Shown: positions 9,567-21,201 of the stretch, in pieces
Layout: the number at the start of each line of letters is the position of its first letter
Position numbering within the stretch: position 1 is the first letter of the stretch
IMG/VR virus record: IMGVR_UViG_3300028800_000073
Span: 1 to 64,000 of that record
Source of the DNA: a virus
Reading direction: 5' to 3' (one strand)
Length of the DNA stretch: 64,000 nucleotides
Notes under the pieces: generated by a model
The model's database searches: none
What the model saw: only the letters and a program-made list of their open reading frames with translations
What the model was told of the DNA's origin: nothing
Translations under genes and position numbers: made by a program

Positions 9567-11359
9567 GTGTTTCCTTAGAACGCTGCTAGACTGTTGACGA
9601 AGTACACCGGAGTTTTTCCCTCGATTACTTTGATGAAATCACTGTTCTTACTACCATCTGTACCGGGCTTCTGCTGCCACGGTGTGAAGTGGCAAAGCCC
9701 CTCACCGAAGCCGTCACTCATTTGTCCACAGAACTCATCGGCTATCTTCTTGGATGGGAACCTGACTATGATGTCGTAACTCATTTCTTATCTCCGAAGA
9801 AGCCCTTAAACAGGTCTTCCATGGTTGCTTCTTTCTTGATGTCGAATACGGCCTCAATCTTCTTGATAACGTGCCTAACTAAGGCATCATCTACGCTGCC
9901 AATAGTGATGAACACCTTACCACGGGGATGGTTCAAAATGATGTGTTCAGTCATACCACCACGACGTCTGTAGCTTTAGGTTTGTCATCTAGCTCAATCC
10001 ATCCTATGCCTACCCATTCCTTTACTTTGCCTTCATGAACTACTCGCTGGGGAAGCTTCTTGGAATTACAAAAGGATAGACGCTTGAGCTTATCGAACGT
10101 GATTGTCTTAGTCTTAACTGCTTTTGCCATATCATCCCATTGGTTGGCCGTGCGGCGGATTGTCGTGCATCGTCTCGGCTTCGTGCTGCATCTGCATCAA
10201 TTGGCCATGCGTAGTACCCCTGGAGGTTGGAATATCCAATGGCCTATGATGCGGCAAAAGCTGCCTATTATGGTGAACTTTTGACAACTCGTTCTTAAAT
10301 ATTAGGAGCTGCGCTTCCTTCTCCGCGTTCTCCCTGAGAAGCGCATAGATGTAGTGCCTAATGTCTGATATGAGAGACATGTGCTCTACAGCGACTCCAT
10401 CCATGAGTACGTCTAGCTCAATCGCTATGGTCTTATCAATCATGTAGTACTTTCTTAGCCCTATCAGCAAACTCCTGGAATAACTCACGGAGCTGATAAG
10501 CATCGTCTAAAGCCATGTCTAGGTTAATATCAGCTTTACGGGTATTTGGCTGCTTCATGGCAAGGTTTAACTCATCCTGAAACATCTGATGTAAGTCATC
10601 GATTCGTAGGCTAATCTTCAGCAACTGATCTAAATCACGCTTTCTCATTGAGTAACTCCAATTCCTTTATGTATTTACGAAGAAGAATACGTAGTCCAAC
10701 CGGCAGCCACGGACCTTCATGGTAGTTCGTCTCACGGGCTGCGGCTTCTGAATCCAACAGCTCCGCATAAACCTGATCCAGGAAGTCTTCAATATCTAAT
10801 AGCAGTTGACCACGGACATCATGCCTAAAAGCCCACTCACAGGCTTCCCAACCATACTCGAAGTGCTTCTGCTGGTCATCATCCCAACCGGTATGCTTGT
10901 GCATCCGCTCAAGGAGGTCGTAATCGACTTTCATGGTATTGCCTTAAGTAGCTGGTCCAACTCGAATTTGAATTCAGTGATCATCCAACGGAGTCGCATC
11001 TTGTCATTGGCCTGATCTTCTTTGGTCCAGAAATTCAGCGTGTGCTTACATCCCTCTCGCGTCATAGTCTGTACAAACAGGCTCTTGATGTCCTCTAAGT
11101 TAACATCTTTCCAAACCTCAAATCTCTGCTGGTACTTGTCTATCTCTTTAAAGTTCATTGGGTTCCACTGGTTCCTCACGGATAACACCGTACTCCCACT
11201 CAGCGATAAGCTTGTCGAGTTCATCACGGGTATCCTTTAAGTCGCTAACCCCTAGAGTAGAGGTAAGCCCGTTGATATCCCCGGTAAGGTTCCTAACAGC
11301 CATCAACAGAGTAATGAGGCGGTCTATTCTAATCCTGGCATTTCGGTTGTTATAGACAG

Positions 11360-11632
11360 TCACCGGCGCCGCCGTAGCTCAGCCTTGACATCACGGAGTT
11401 GACCACGGAGGTCACGTACCTCGTGCTGTAGCTTACAAATAGCTGCTGTAGCCGAACTGGGGCCACAGCGACTTAGGCAGTTATGCTTGTTACCGCAATC
11501 GTCGAATAGGCGCCAACCATGATGGGTCATCTCCCAGTGGAAGCCGCCTTCACCACAGAACTTACAAGTCTTGTATTCGCAGCAACAATCGAACTCTAAA
11601 TCGCATGCGCGTTGATACGCTGATTCGTACAT
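11360..11632 (-). CDS. Small Cys/His-rich (putative Zn-binding) phage protein
   Basis: CKFCG...FHW...W.L.D...H.C followed by a coiled-coil tail. Confidence 0.55.
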   Translation of the reverse strand: MYESAYQRACDLEFDCCCEYKTCKFCGEGGFHWEMTHHGWRLFDDCGNKHNCLSRCGPSSATAAICKLQHEVRDLRGQLRDVKAELRRRR

Positions 11633-12397
11633 AGTTATTTCCCTGTTCTACTTATAGCGTGACCCATAAGTATTTGGTCTACTTCTTTGAAAATGCTCTT
11701 AAGCTTAGGTAGACAAAGATCGGCTTTATCTAGATATTCATTGCGCAAATCATCGCTATGCATTTGCTGAGCATAATACAAATGACTATGTAGCGTGTCC
11801 AACTCGCTCTTGAATGCTAAAAAGGTACCCATCAGCGTAGACATCTCGTTGTTGTTCACAGGTCTCTCCAGTCGCCTCTTACCCGAATCTTATCACGGAC
11901 CTTGGCAGCGATGGCTACTAACTTCTCACCGACATCATTTATAACGTCTGCGTGTTCGGTGGTCTCTTTACTGGCTCTATAACGCCAATCACTAAGGGCC
12001 TGCTTCTTAGTGAAGAACGTCCTGGACTTAGGATTGTTACCTGACCACTCACCGTCTTTGGTGTTCGCCACCATAATGTCGTCACCCATGGTACCGATCA
12101 TCCATGCCGACTCGACTTGACCATCGGTACCACACATGACATAATAGACTTTAACCGGTTTCATTTCCACTCCTTAACGTCGCCGTAGCGCACCATCAGA
12201 ATGTCGTTTCCTAAGCGTCTATCGCCTTTAAGGCGTAGCTCGCAATTCTCTATAATAGTTTGGAGCTGTGATAGGCCCCACTCGCTGATATGCTGTTCAC
12301 CTTTGAGTGCTAGCGCTATACCTTGACACTGTGCGATGCACTCACGATCAGCTTTGTTATCCGCTTCTAGTTGTGTGTATACACTCATGTGTTTCCT

Positions 12398-12631
12398 TTA
12401 CTTCATCCATTCCGGTAATGGCACCCACAGCTTGGGCGTGCAGATGAACGTACCGTTATCAGCGCACGTATCTAAGTCACCATAGGGGGAGCATTCAGCC
12501 CACTTACCATGATTAACTGGGGATCCCCACTGTCGCTGATCAAGATACCGAGCGCAGCCGCAATCAGTCAGTATCACAGTGCCGTCAAGCGGCGCAGTGG
12601 CTATTGGTTGTGGTTTATTCACGTTGTCCAC
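12398..12631 (-). CDS. Small phage protein with a QPIATAPLDGT motif
   Basis: Resembles the common phage motif WQPIETAPKDGT...P.HW.PLP. Confidence 0.6.
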   Translation of the reverse strand: MDNVNKPQPIATAPLDGTVILTDCGCARYLDQRQWGSPVNHGKWAECSPYGDLDTCADNGTFICTPKLWVPLPEWMK

Positions 12632-13087
12632 CCTGTGCGTTCTACTTCTTCTAATACTTTATCGATCCGCTTCACCTCTGGCTCCATGACCGCTAACATC
12701 GCTTCAGCGGCCTCATTGGAGATACGCGGGCTAGGGAACTGGGCTCCGAAGCCGTGATTGAATAACATATTCACGCAATTCCTGAGTCTGTTAGAATTAT
12801 CTTCTGTAAGCCTCATGTGTTTTCCTGTGATTCAATTCCGAAGTCCGATGGATAGACGTACGTAGCATACGCCATATTTTGATCCCAATCTCTATTATAC
12901 CTATAGTGAGGTACTATAACGCAAGGGTATGTCATTGGTTCCTCGATACGCCAGGTGCAGTAGCGCTCGAAAACAAAGGATGCCTCCACTTCTTCTTTAA
13001 AGAGCGAATAGTCACTGAGATCATCGAAGAAGCACTTACCACCGTATCTAATGAAATCCTTTACTTGCCTTAGCTTCTCTTCTTTAG

Positions 13088-13375
13088 TCATTTGTACTTC
13101 CTAGTCAAATGCTCATGTTCATTGAAGTACCCCAGCGACATCAGGCAGTAGCCCTTCTTCAGACCGGGGAAGTCCCGCATGATATATAAGATGCTGCGAT
13201 AACAATACTTATAGGTGTACTTCTTTGTCTTCGGATCCCACTCCTCTAAGACAAGCGTATCACCGACTCGGAAGTCCCTATCATCTCTACGAAGCTCGTA
13301 GCGTTTAAAGCCTAGGTCCAATGCCTTAAAGAACTTAGGCCATGTCTTCAAATGGTGAACTGTTTCGCGTTTCAT
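13088..13375 (-). CDS. DUF3850 / ASCH-like (PUA-fold) protein
   Basis: HHLKTWPKFF...KRYELRRDDRDFRVGDTLVLEEW; likely start 13375 through a TAATG overlap. Confidence 0.8.
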   Translation of the reverse strand: MKRETVHHLKTWPKFFKALDLGFKRYELRRDDRDFRVGDTLVLEEWDPKTKKYTYKYCYRSILYIMRDFPGLKKGYCLMSLGYFNEHEHLTRKYK

Positions 13376-14005
13376 TAGTGCATCCTCTGGCTCTTCCAGA
13401 TACCGCACTTCGTGCAGTGCAAGTGCTTGCTGTACCCGTGCGCCAGCTCACCTGGAGCCGGCGTGGTACTTCCAAAGTACCTAATAGTTTCTATTGTTTC
13501 CCAATTATGATCACAGGAATTGAACTTACCAATCAACAGTCTATACAGCCAGCCCAGCATGCTATTCCTTTACTAGAAACCACGGTTGGACATACGGCAT
13601 GATAGCCCAACAAAACAATGGAATCGAGGCGTATAACAAACAAAAAGAAAGCACGAAGTACATCTTCTGTTTAAATGGCTTAATTCCTCTCGATGGTACT
13701 CTGAAGATAAGCCAGGCGAGGACGCCGAAATAGAGCAATACAGCTAAGATCCCTGACATTGTTTCTTTCTTAATCGGTGTTCCTCGTAGTTCCGCAATCC
13801 ATCGAAGACCTTCTCAAGTTTACCCTTCATACAAAGAATAAGCTGAAAGGTCACGGCTACATCTTCATCGGTGTACTTGCCCGTACTGCCCATGAATTCA
13901 TGCATAACTAAGGCGTGCGACCTATTATCAAGAGCCCTAGCTATACCAACAACATCGTCTACAGCAGTACTGAAATCATATAACGGTGTAGTCATGTGTT
14001 TCCTA

Positions 14006-14043
14006 AGCCCCTGGGTAGTTAGCCCAGGGGTTGTGTTTGTTTT
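14006..14043. terminator. Intergenic GC-rich hairpin, possible terminator (T-tract on the + strand)
   Basis: CCCCTGGG-tagttag-CCCAGGGG followed by TTGTGTTTGTTT. Confidence 0.55.
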
Positions 14044-14392
14044 AGCTATGACTCAACGACGCCGGCATGATACTTCGTACCATGCTCGTCCCAATAGAAT
14101 CCCTCGAACATATCTATGGTGGCGCTACAATCGCGGCACTGACCATAAATACAATCACGAGGAATATAGTCACTGAAGGTGTCTTCACACCACTTTTCAT
14201 ACTTATTGCCACCAGCCGCTGTTGACAACGGCATGTTCTTAAGAGCCTCCATTCTCCTCAAAAACTCGGCCTCGTTCTTGCACGGTATAACAGCTTTCTC
14301 GTACTTATCGGCATCACCATGCATGAGACTCAGCTCAATCTCGTACTTATTTCTTGGATTAGTTTTGTGTTTAACTGGAGTGAGTTTAATCA

Positions 14393-15469
14393 TTAGGTAC
14401 CAATAAGGTCTAGGGCTTCGTCCCAAGCCTTTTGCTTTAACGCTAGTCCAGTACCAAAGTTAGCGGTCTGGAACCGGCGAGCAGCGCCAGTGGCGTCACT
14501 GACATCATGGTGGTCAACGTACTCCGTGCATGCCTGGAGAGCAGCCCAAAGGGTGTCCTTGATGTCTGGGGCAGCACAGGTTGGGCTAGCCATGATCTGA
14601 TCGAGCTTCGTAATGATCTTAGCATCTCTGCGCATAGCCTTAACCTTCTCAGCCTCGTCTAGCCCCACTGGAGCCTCTAGCCCGAATACTGCCCGCCAGT
14701 AGGCCTGGGAGTCTTCACGAGCCATCTTTGTCTCTGCCATGGCCTCAGACACCTCTTGGGTAGCTTTGGCGTCCTTAACGATATTTGAATAGGCCCCGAC
14801 AACGCCAGCGAGGAGGGCGTCTAGGGAACCATTGTGACGGATCGAGAAGCCCTCGGACAGAGCTACATCGCTGTAGTCCTGGTCCACGGCACGCTTCTGT
14901 CGTGCCGCCTCAGCACCCACTCTCGTATCAGTTGCCATACGCAGCGTGTTAACACACACTACTCTAACTGTCGTTGGGGTAAGCATTAACGACTTAGCGT
15001 TACCGTGACCATTGGTAATTAGCATGTAGGTCTTGATGGCGTCCTTCTTGACGTTGTACACCAAGTCCGGCATATAACCCATGGTCCACACGATTTGACC
15101 ACCACGGAGAGCACCAGCGGTCTCCCAGGTCACATGGAGGTCCTTGGCGATGAGACGCATCGCCTTGACCATCTCATGGTTCTGGAACACCCTGTAGCGA
15201 TCACTAACGATGCTCAGGGGATAACCGTTATCACTGCGCTTCAGGACCTTGAAGCCTTCGATAGGTTGAAAGGCCCCATCGGCGCCTTCATGGTTATTAG
15301 CCGCAAACACTTCTTCTCGCTGCACTTCCCAATTCAGACCGGCCTCTTCGAGGACTTGGTCATCAGTAATCTCAGCGGCTAGTACCTTACCGAGTTTGTG
15401 CCACGGGGACTCCCGTAGGCTAAACATCTCGGCTGTACCATCTTTACGCATACTCAGTTCATGGGCCAT
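14393..15469 (-). CDS. DUF932 family phage/plasmid protein
   Basis: MAHEL...PWHKLG, AGLNWEV, YRVFQN, ETAGALRGG, NGHG and TTVRVVCVNTL. Confidence 0.9.
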   Translation of the reverse strand: MAHELSMRKDGTAEMFSLRESPWHKLGKVLAAEITDDQVLEEAGLNWEVQREEVFAANNHEGADGAFQPIEGFKVLKRSDNGYPLSIVSDRYRVFQNHEMVKAMRLIAKDLHVTWETAGALRGGQIVWTMGYMPDLVYNVKKDAIKTYMLITNGHGNAKSLMLTPTTVRVVCVNTLRMATDTRVGAEAARQKRAVDQDYSDVALSEGFSIRHNGSLDALLAGVVGAYSNIVKDAKATQEVSEAMAETKMAREDSQAYWRAVFGLEAPVGLDEAEKVKAMRRDAKIITKLDQIMASPTCAAPDIKDTLWAALQACTEYVDHHDVSDATGAARRFQTANFGTGLALKQKAWDEALDLIGT

Positions 15470-16010
15470 AGAGTTCGGACTTTCTTTCGGTTATAGTGAT
15501 TGTCTTGGGCCACCCATCCCAAGCGTACTTCGTGGCGTCAACGACATTGACGTCTAACATCGACCTAATGACTTCAACGTCACTGGCTAGTGCCAGTTCC
15601 TCTGAAGCCTTATCCTCGCGGTGCTGCATATAGACGACATGCTTAATCCCAAACGGGATAATGAAGTCTTTCATGCAACTGTGACATGGATAGTGGGTTA
15701 CATAGAGAATACAATGTGCTAAGTCGCCAATGGCCTGTGCGGCTTTACGGATGGCGTTGGCTTCAGCATGAATGGCATACAGATACTTGTTACCTGGGGC
15801 ATAAGCGTCTCTGTTATCCCATATCGACTTAAGGTCTGGCACCCCTGCTGGTAACCCGTTGTACCCCAAATAGATAGCCCCACTTACTGGATCATAGATC
15901 CCAGCACCTACTTTGGTTCTGGGATCCTTTGATCGCATCTGTGCCCACAACGTAGTGATCAGTAAGCAGCTAACGTCTATTGGGGCTGCTGACGTGTAGA
16001 CGTCATCCAT
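15459..16010 (-). CDS. dCMP deaminase family protein
   Basis: RSKDPRTKVGA, GYNG, HAEANA and PCHSC zinc-deaminase motifs. Confidence 0.9.
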   Translation of the reverse strand: MDDVYTSAAPIDVSCLLITTLWAQMRSKDPRTKVGAGIYDPVSGAIYLGYNGLPAGVPDLKSIWDNRDAYAPGNKYLYAIHAEANAIRKAAQAIGDLAHCILYVTHYPCHSCMKDFIIPFGIKHVVYMQHREDKASEELALASDVEVIRSMLDVNVVDATKYAWDGWPKTITITERKSELYGP

Positions 16011-16540
16011 TAGAGTCGCTTCAACAATTCAACAGTTGCGTCAATTGGATCTTTAGGGAGATCCCAGAGCTTGGCGGCTACACGCCAGTCACTGGTACCT
16101 GTCAGGAACTTCCAGACATCGAGTACTTCCGTGTCGGGCTTACACCAGAACGGTAGCTTCATGTACTTGCCATTCTTGGCTAAGTAACTGGCTACAAGGG
16201 CGCGGTCTACCCAGGGGTTGACGCCGGTGAGGACATAATCCTCCGGGTGCTCGGGTTCTACGCTAAGCGCCTCATCTCTGAATAATGTCTTATCAGTATA
16301 CCCCTGCCGCGTTCCAATCGAACTCGGTGGTGTGAAGTAACTTACCAACACCTCAGTGGGGTACGCAAACAGCGGATCGCTGACTAGCTCCATCTCAATC
16401 TTCTGGCGCTTCTCCTGAAGCTTCTCCTCGTATCCCTTAGTCGTCGGCAACATGTTGCCCATGGCCGGCTGTGGGATATAAGGATCGATACCTGGGTACA
16501 GCCTAGTGCTATTAACTACAACGATTACGTAAGTTGTCAT
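16010..16540 (-). CDS. Hypothetical protein
   Basis: 176 aa ORF coupled to the deaminase (TAATG overlap). Confidence 0.55.
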   Translation of the reverse strand: MTTYVIVVVNSTRLYPGIDPYIPQPAMGNMLPTTKGYEEKLQEKRQKIEMELVSDPLFAYPTEVLVSYFTPPSSIGTRQGYTDKTLFRDEALSVEPEHPEDYVLTGVNPWVDRALVASYLAKNGKYMKLPFWCKPDTEVLDVWKFLTGTSDWRVAAKLWDLPKDPIDATVELLKRL

Positions 16541-16555
16541 TTTGTCTCCATTAAG

Positions 16556-17131
16556 TTAAACGGCATCAATAGCGGAATTCACACGATTCTTTTCCCACAA
16601 ATCATAAGCAATCTTCAGCACCGGTGGGTACTTATTCCAATCCTTGACGATAGCTAGACTACAACGTACGGCGTAGGCATCGTCGTCATTTTCATCTAAA
16701 ATCTCTTCGGCACGCAGCTTCTTGGCGTAGTCAATGAACCAATCTAGGAAAGGTGGCCATTGTTCGGGATACAGGACGTGTGGGTGTACATCATCGTTGA
16801 CCCACTCGAAGCCAAAGGCTGATAAGTGAATAAACTCGCTCTCCGGATACGGCTTATAGACGATACCGAAGTAAGAGTCATCTACTAAGTTACCGAGAAT
16901 CGATTCAAGGTTCTCCCAGCCCTCTAGACTCATCTCGACATGCAATCTGTTCATCAAAGACCAGAATATCGCGTTGTCGATCTGATAGAGTTCCCATAGC
17001 TTAGCTGCAATTGCGGGTTTTTGATCATTGGGGTAACCCGGGCTATCTAATGTATCGATGCAAGAGATACGCTCTTCAACGTTATCACGAATCATAGCCA
17101 TAACGTTCTCTTTAGTGAACGGTATAGTCAT
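16556..17131 (-). CDS. Hypothetical protein
   Basis: 191 aa ORF. Confidence 0.55.
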   Translation of the reverse strand: MTIPFTKENVMAMIRDNVEERISCIDTLDSPGYPNDQKPAIAAKLWELYQIDNAIFWSLMNRLHVEMSLEGWENLESILGNLVDDSYFGIVYKPYPESEFIHLSAFGFEWVNDDVHPHVLYPEQWPPFLDWFIDYAKKLRAEEILDENDDDAYAVRCSLAIVKDWNKYPPVLKIAYDLWEKNRVNSAIDAV

Positions 17132-17720
17132 CCGATATCCACTTCTTCTTGAACCACTGTTATACCGAGATCCTTGATCAGCTTGATCCAGAACTCCCTA
17201 GTCGTCTCGTGATCCCCGACATGAGCGTAGTGCTTCTTATCGATCCTAAATACTGATCTACCGTGAAAATCATCGTTACGTATTGTGAGTGTTTTCATTA
17301 GTTAAAGTTTATTTTACTGGCTCGGTATTCCTTGAGCGCAGCGTTGAAGCTTTGTTCGATAAGTGCGAATGCCTTCTTTGGGAATGGATCATCTGAACCA
17401 CGGACAATAAGATTCAGAACCGTGTTCTCGGCTCCGTGATCCCCCTTCTCCGTAGCTGTAATGGATACCATCCCGTTCTCATTAACGCTTTGCCGGAGTA
17501 CTGAAGCAATGAGCTTCAGTACGACAGCGAAGTGCATGGGATCTCTATTTAGGCTGACCAGTAATGTACTGATCGTCATTTGGTCATCATTGGCGACGTA
17601 GGTATCAATAAGCCCATTCATCGCCATTTTCAAACCATCTGTTACTGCTTTAAATTCATCGGGGGAGAGTTTATCGTCCTCTCCCCCTTCGTCTGCTTCT
17701 TCTGGTGGTAGCATGTTTCC

Positions 17721-18860
17721 TTATTCGAGGACTTCCTTGGCGCTCACATAGATGCGCTTCCGTAGTCCATGTTTGGCGTGCCACAGGAACCCCGTGAGCC
17801 TACGCTGCGAACCGATATAACCCATCTCAGCGGACCACGCATCTGGACTAACCAATGACTCCATATGCTCCATAACGACTCCGTGCATGGACTCCACGAC
17901 GTTGCGGTGGATATGACCCATGAACCAATGTCTGACAGTTGTCTCGCCCCATGCCTTGGGCTGCTCTACCGCCATCAGGCTCGGTAGATCCTTCGGCTTG
18001 ACTAAGTGCCCATGATGGAAGCCCAAGAGGACTGTACCATGCTGGACGTACTGCCGTGTTGCTGGGGTGTTAATGACTTCGACACGCTTCTCGTTACGGT
18101 AATACGCTTCGAGTAAGCGGGATAGGTGGAATGAGGATTCCCAGTCATGGTTGCCGGGGATCACAATGAGTTGGATTGAGTTACACCGTGATGCAATGAG
18201 GTCTACGCAGGTATGTAGGATCCGTGTGGCTACTTCCCAAATCTTGAACTGACGGGAATCAACATCTAAGTGATTGCCGCCACGCTCAGTGATCGCCTTC
18301 CGGGTATCACTGTGGAACAAGTCACCGCCGCACACCAGTACGGCTTTACCGAAATCGCCAGCCTCAGCTACTAGCTTGCTGATGGCACCAATTACAAGTT
18401 TCTCACAGATCTTGAGATCGTAGTCTTCTCCGGTCTCAGACGCGTGTGCCAACATGCCGATATGCTGGTCCCAGAGTCCGACGTGGAACATCACGTCATT
18501 CGGTAGGTCCTTTGTAGGCTTCGGTAGCTTAGGGCACTTGCCCTCTACCTTAGCGCATAGCTCATCGGACACCTTCTGGAGAAGCTGTGCTTCAGGGGCT
18601 AGCTTACGCCATTCCGTAATGATCTTACCTTCACCATCGTATTGTACTGTAGTCCGTGTAGTCCTGAGACCCTCGGGTACCGGCACGTTCACCATCGCTC
18701 CGGGGTTGATCCCTAGCAAGCGTTGAGCCGCTGCTAAGCGGTCTCTAAAGGTGGAACGTGGGATCCCGAGTTCTCGTGCTGCTGCTCTACCACTACGATC
18801 TGCGTCTTCCCATGCTTCCATGGTCTCTTCGGCTAGCTCGCGTGTCATGATTTCAGGCAT
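17721..18860 (-). CDS. HTH plus calcineurin-like metallophosphoesterase
   Basis: AAARELGIPRSTFRDRL (HTH); DQH, GGDLFH, GNHD, HHGH and GHIH motifs. Confidence 0.85.
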   Translation of the reverse strand: MPEIMTRELAEETMEAWEDADRSGRAAARELGIPRSTFRDRLAAAQRLLGINPGAMVNVPVPEGLRTTRTTVQYDGEGKIITEWRKLAPEAQLLQKVSDELCAKVEGKCPKLPKPTKDLPNDVMFHVGLWDQHIGMLAHASETGEDYDLKICEKLVIGAISKLVAEAGDFGKAVLVCGGDLFHSDTRKAITERGGNHLDVDSRQFKIWEVATRILHTCVDLIASRCNSIQLIVIPGNHDWESSFHLSRLLEAYYRNEKRVEVINTPATRQYVQHGTVLLGFHHGHLVKPKDLPSLMAVEQPKAWGETTVRHWFMGHIHRNVVESMHGVVMEHMESLVSPDAWSAEMGYIGSQRRLTGFLWHAKHGLRKRIYVSAKEVLE

Positions 18861-18912
18861 AGTAATCCTTCTTTGGAATGATCCCCGAGTTGTATGAACC
18901 GGGGCTAAGTAA

Positions 18913-19479
18913 TCAAGAGGCCGCGACTGCGACCTTTTCTTCTCCGACCTTCCAGGCCCAGTGTACTGCGATGAACTCCCCTAGCATTGCCTCATCGCTG
19001 AGGTCGGCTGGTTCCCGGTAGCCCTCTTCATCTGAAATGCGCTTAACGGCTTCCCTAGTGAAGTCGATGGCTTGCCTACGAGTCACGGTAACAACGGAGT
19101 CACCGCCGGTGCAATGGGGCTCATTGAATCGGTACAGCTCCTTGTCATCGGGGAGCAGGACTTTGGGGGGAGTCTGGTCTAACTCCGGCTCAATTTGATG
19201 CTTTTCCAGCCAGTCATCGAAATCCTCTTCGGGATCCTCTTTTGTGTCGGCTAAGCGCTGGTGAAGCTCCTGAATAAACAATACGGCTCTCTGGAGGTTA
19301 GTGAATGGATTAGCGTTCGACACGTTGTGCAACGACATGCCATTACTCATCCAAACTATGTAACCACAAGCATCTACATGAATATAATGACCCAAACATA
19401 ATGTCTCTATGACGGCGTTGCTTTTGAATATTTGATCAATCGGTGGTAGTTCTGGAGTAAAAGTAATGCCTTCGAACAT
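18913..19479 (-). CDS. Hypothetical protein
   Basis: 188 aa ORF with a GAGGAG RBS downstream of a candidate promoter. Confidence 0.6.
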   Translation of the reverse strand: MFEGITFTPELPPIDQIFKSNAVIETLCLGHYIHVDACGYIVWMSNGMSLHNVSNANPFTNLQRAVLFIQELHQRLADTKEDPEEDFDDWLEKHQIEPELDQTPPKVLLPDDKELYRFNEPHCTGGDSVVTVTRRQAIDFTREAVKRISDEEGYREPADLSDEAMLGEFIAVHWAWKVGEEKVAVAAS

Positions 19480-19509
19480 AGTCTCTCCTCGGGGCGCTTG
19501 GGACCAGCA

Positions 19510-19538
19510 ATTATAGGTGTACTGCGGTTACATAGCAA
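19510..19538 (-). promoter_or_regulatory. Sigma70-like promoter
   Basis: TTGCTA-17 bp-TATAAT in the intergenic gap upstream of 18913..19479. Confidence 0.6.
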
Positions 19539-19981
19539 ATCTACGCTGCACCAGTTGTAAGTCATTATCGACGCGTTAATTAGACTATACCGTAGTGACT
19601 AGATCGATGAAATTATACTGAGGAGATAACGGGTCGGCAAGATCACGCTGAATCAGGAGATGCTCAGTGGGGGTCATGAACATGGAATTGCCACCGAAGG
19701 TTACCTCTAGGTTCTTCCGTGTTTTGCTGTAGATCCACTTGACCTTTGTCAGTGAAGCCAGGATGCGCAGCATAGTCGCGCTGTTATAACCTGCGCAAGT
19801 CGCCTTTACATTATGATCCGGTAACGCCCAAGCGATGGGATGGCTCTTATACTCTGCCCTAAATTGTGTCGTCTGGTCACTGACGTATTCACCATCCAGC
19901 CAGATCCATAGATTTGAGCGGCCTACGCGTTTAACGGATCGCATCCCCATCCAGGCTCTAACGGAAATTAAATCATAGAAA

Positions 19982-20731
19982 TCAAATGGCAAATCGTTGG
20001 TGAGCTGCATTTAGTTTCCAGTTCTCTGCGTTGTGGAAGTCATCTAGTTTTCCTATTTTATTGTGGAATTCCTCGTTACCCCGCCACCCCTCTGGGAACG
20101 CCTTCTGGCGATCTTCAGAGTCGAAAGCAGTCACTGAGGCTGCTCTCTTGGCGTTGTAGAGGTCAGCTAATACCCTGAGCCTACTAATGGAATTACTGCA
20201 ACTCTCAATAGCCCCTTCAAGCGTTGGTACCCCACAGACCAGCGTATGCGTCCTGGGGACGCCATAGCGGGTACTAACGAAGTTGGTATCATGGTTAGCA
20301 CCGACATACAGCACTTGGTTAGTACTATGACCGAGAAAGTGTGTAGTCCTCCGCTCACAGGACACGGCACCACTATCATCATTGGGGCTGAGCCGCAGTG
20401 CTACGATGACATTGCGCTCATCGTAGTTAATCTCTTGGTACACACTTTGAAATGCGTCACAGAGCCTAGTGGTATGGGAATCACTGATGAACAATGAAGG
20501 TACCACACGGCGCTGTACGTCTAACCAACCACTACGGTACCCGGCACCATAGAGTCGGTACTTGAAGGTACCTGAGGGGTTCTCTAACTGCTTACTAATG
20601 AGGGACTGTATACTCTTGGCTACTAAGGGCTCTAGCCCCCGTATCGCCTTTGAAGTATCAACAATAAAAGTAACTGAACAGTCCCCGAATTTCAACGGTT
20701 GTCCGGGTATACTACTTCGATGAACATCCAC
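19982..20731 (-). CDS. Degenerate vWA-like domain protein
   Basis: TFIVDTS, TRLCDAF and VLYVGANHD resemble vWA family motifs; the MIDAS DxSxS is incomplete. Confidence 0.45.
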   Translation of the reverse strand: MDVHRSSIPGQPLKFGDCSVTFIVDTSKAIRGLEPLVAKSIQSLISKQLENPSGTFKYRLYGAGYRSGWLDVQRRVVPSLFISDSHTTRLCDAFQSVYQEINYDERNVIVALRLSPNDDSGAVSCERRTTHFLGHSTNQVLYVGANHDTNFVSTRYGVPRTHTLVCGVPTLEGAIESCSNSISRLRVLADLYNAKRAASVTAFDSEDRQKAFPEGWRGNEEFHNKIGKLDDFHNAENWKLNAAHQRFAI

Positions 20732-21201
20732 TTAGCACCCCATTCTTGAGCTGAGTGAAAAGTTCTGAACTTAACGTCAATCTGTGTAATTCCCTGCCGG
20801 TAGCTTCGTCGTATGACACTTCCACCGGGTGAGTCAACTTCCCAATATTTTTCCCCTTTGCTAGACATATAGCCTGGTACGTATATCTGCGTACCTCGGG
20901 GAAATTGCTGGTAAAACGCTGCAATGTTGTAGGTTGCTCCACGGTATCCATGTTGTTTATAGTATTCTCTGTCTTGGGGGTCCTCTGGAGAACAAGCCGT
21001 TACCTTAGCCCATATACGGTGTACATTAACTACCGGCTCGGCTGGGGGTGGTGGCTCTTCAACCTTAATCGGCTGTTCAACGGGGTCCGGGTATGGGACG
21101 GTGTAGGATGTTGGTCTGCCGGTTTCCCTCTCTACCATTGGGGCAAAGAGTGAGGAGGCCGACATGACCATGAGTGTTATGGCTTTAAGTAGTACTGTCA
21201 T
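20692..21201 (-). CDS. Secreted 3D-domain-like protein (putative cell-wall-acting)
   Basis: Signal-peptide-like N-terminus, Pro-rich linker, then KVTACS, IAA...FPRGTQIYVPGY, VDSPGG and IDV. Confidence 0.6.
   Translation of the reverse strand: MTVLLKAITLMVMSASSLFAPMVERETGRPTSYTVPYPDPVEQPIKVEEPPPPAEPVVNVHRIWAKVTACSPEDPQDREYYKQHGYRGATYNIAAFYQQFPRGTQIYVPGYMSSKGEKYWEVDSPGGSVIRRSYRQGITQIDVKFRTFHSAQEWGAKWMFIEVVYPDNR

Noticed and set aside
16010-16540. Possible degenerate 3'-5' exonuclease
   Set aside because: Only a vague resemblance; the acidic DxE motif is absent.
19480-19584. tRNA or ncRNA in intergenic gaps
   Set aside because: No cloverleaf or T-loop GTTC pattern is seen; this gap is explained by a promoter.
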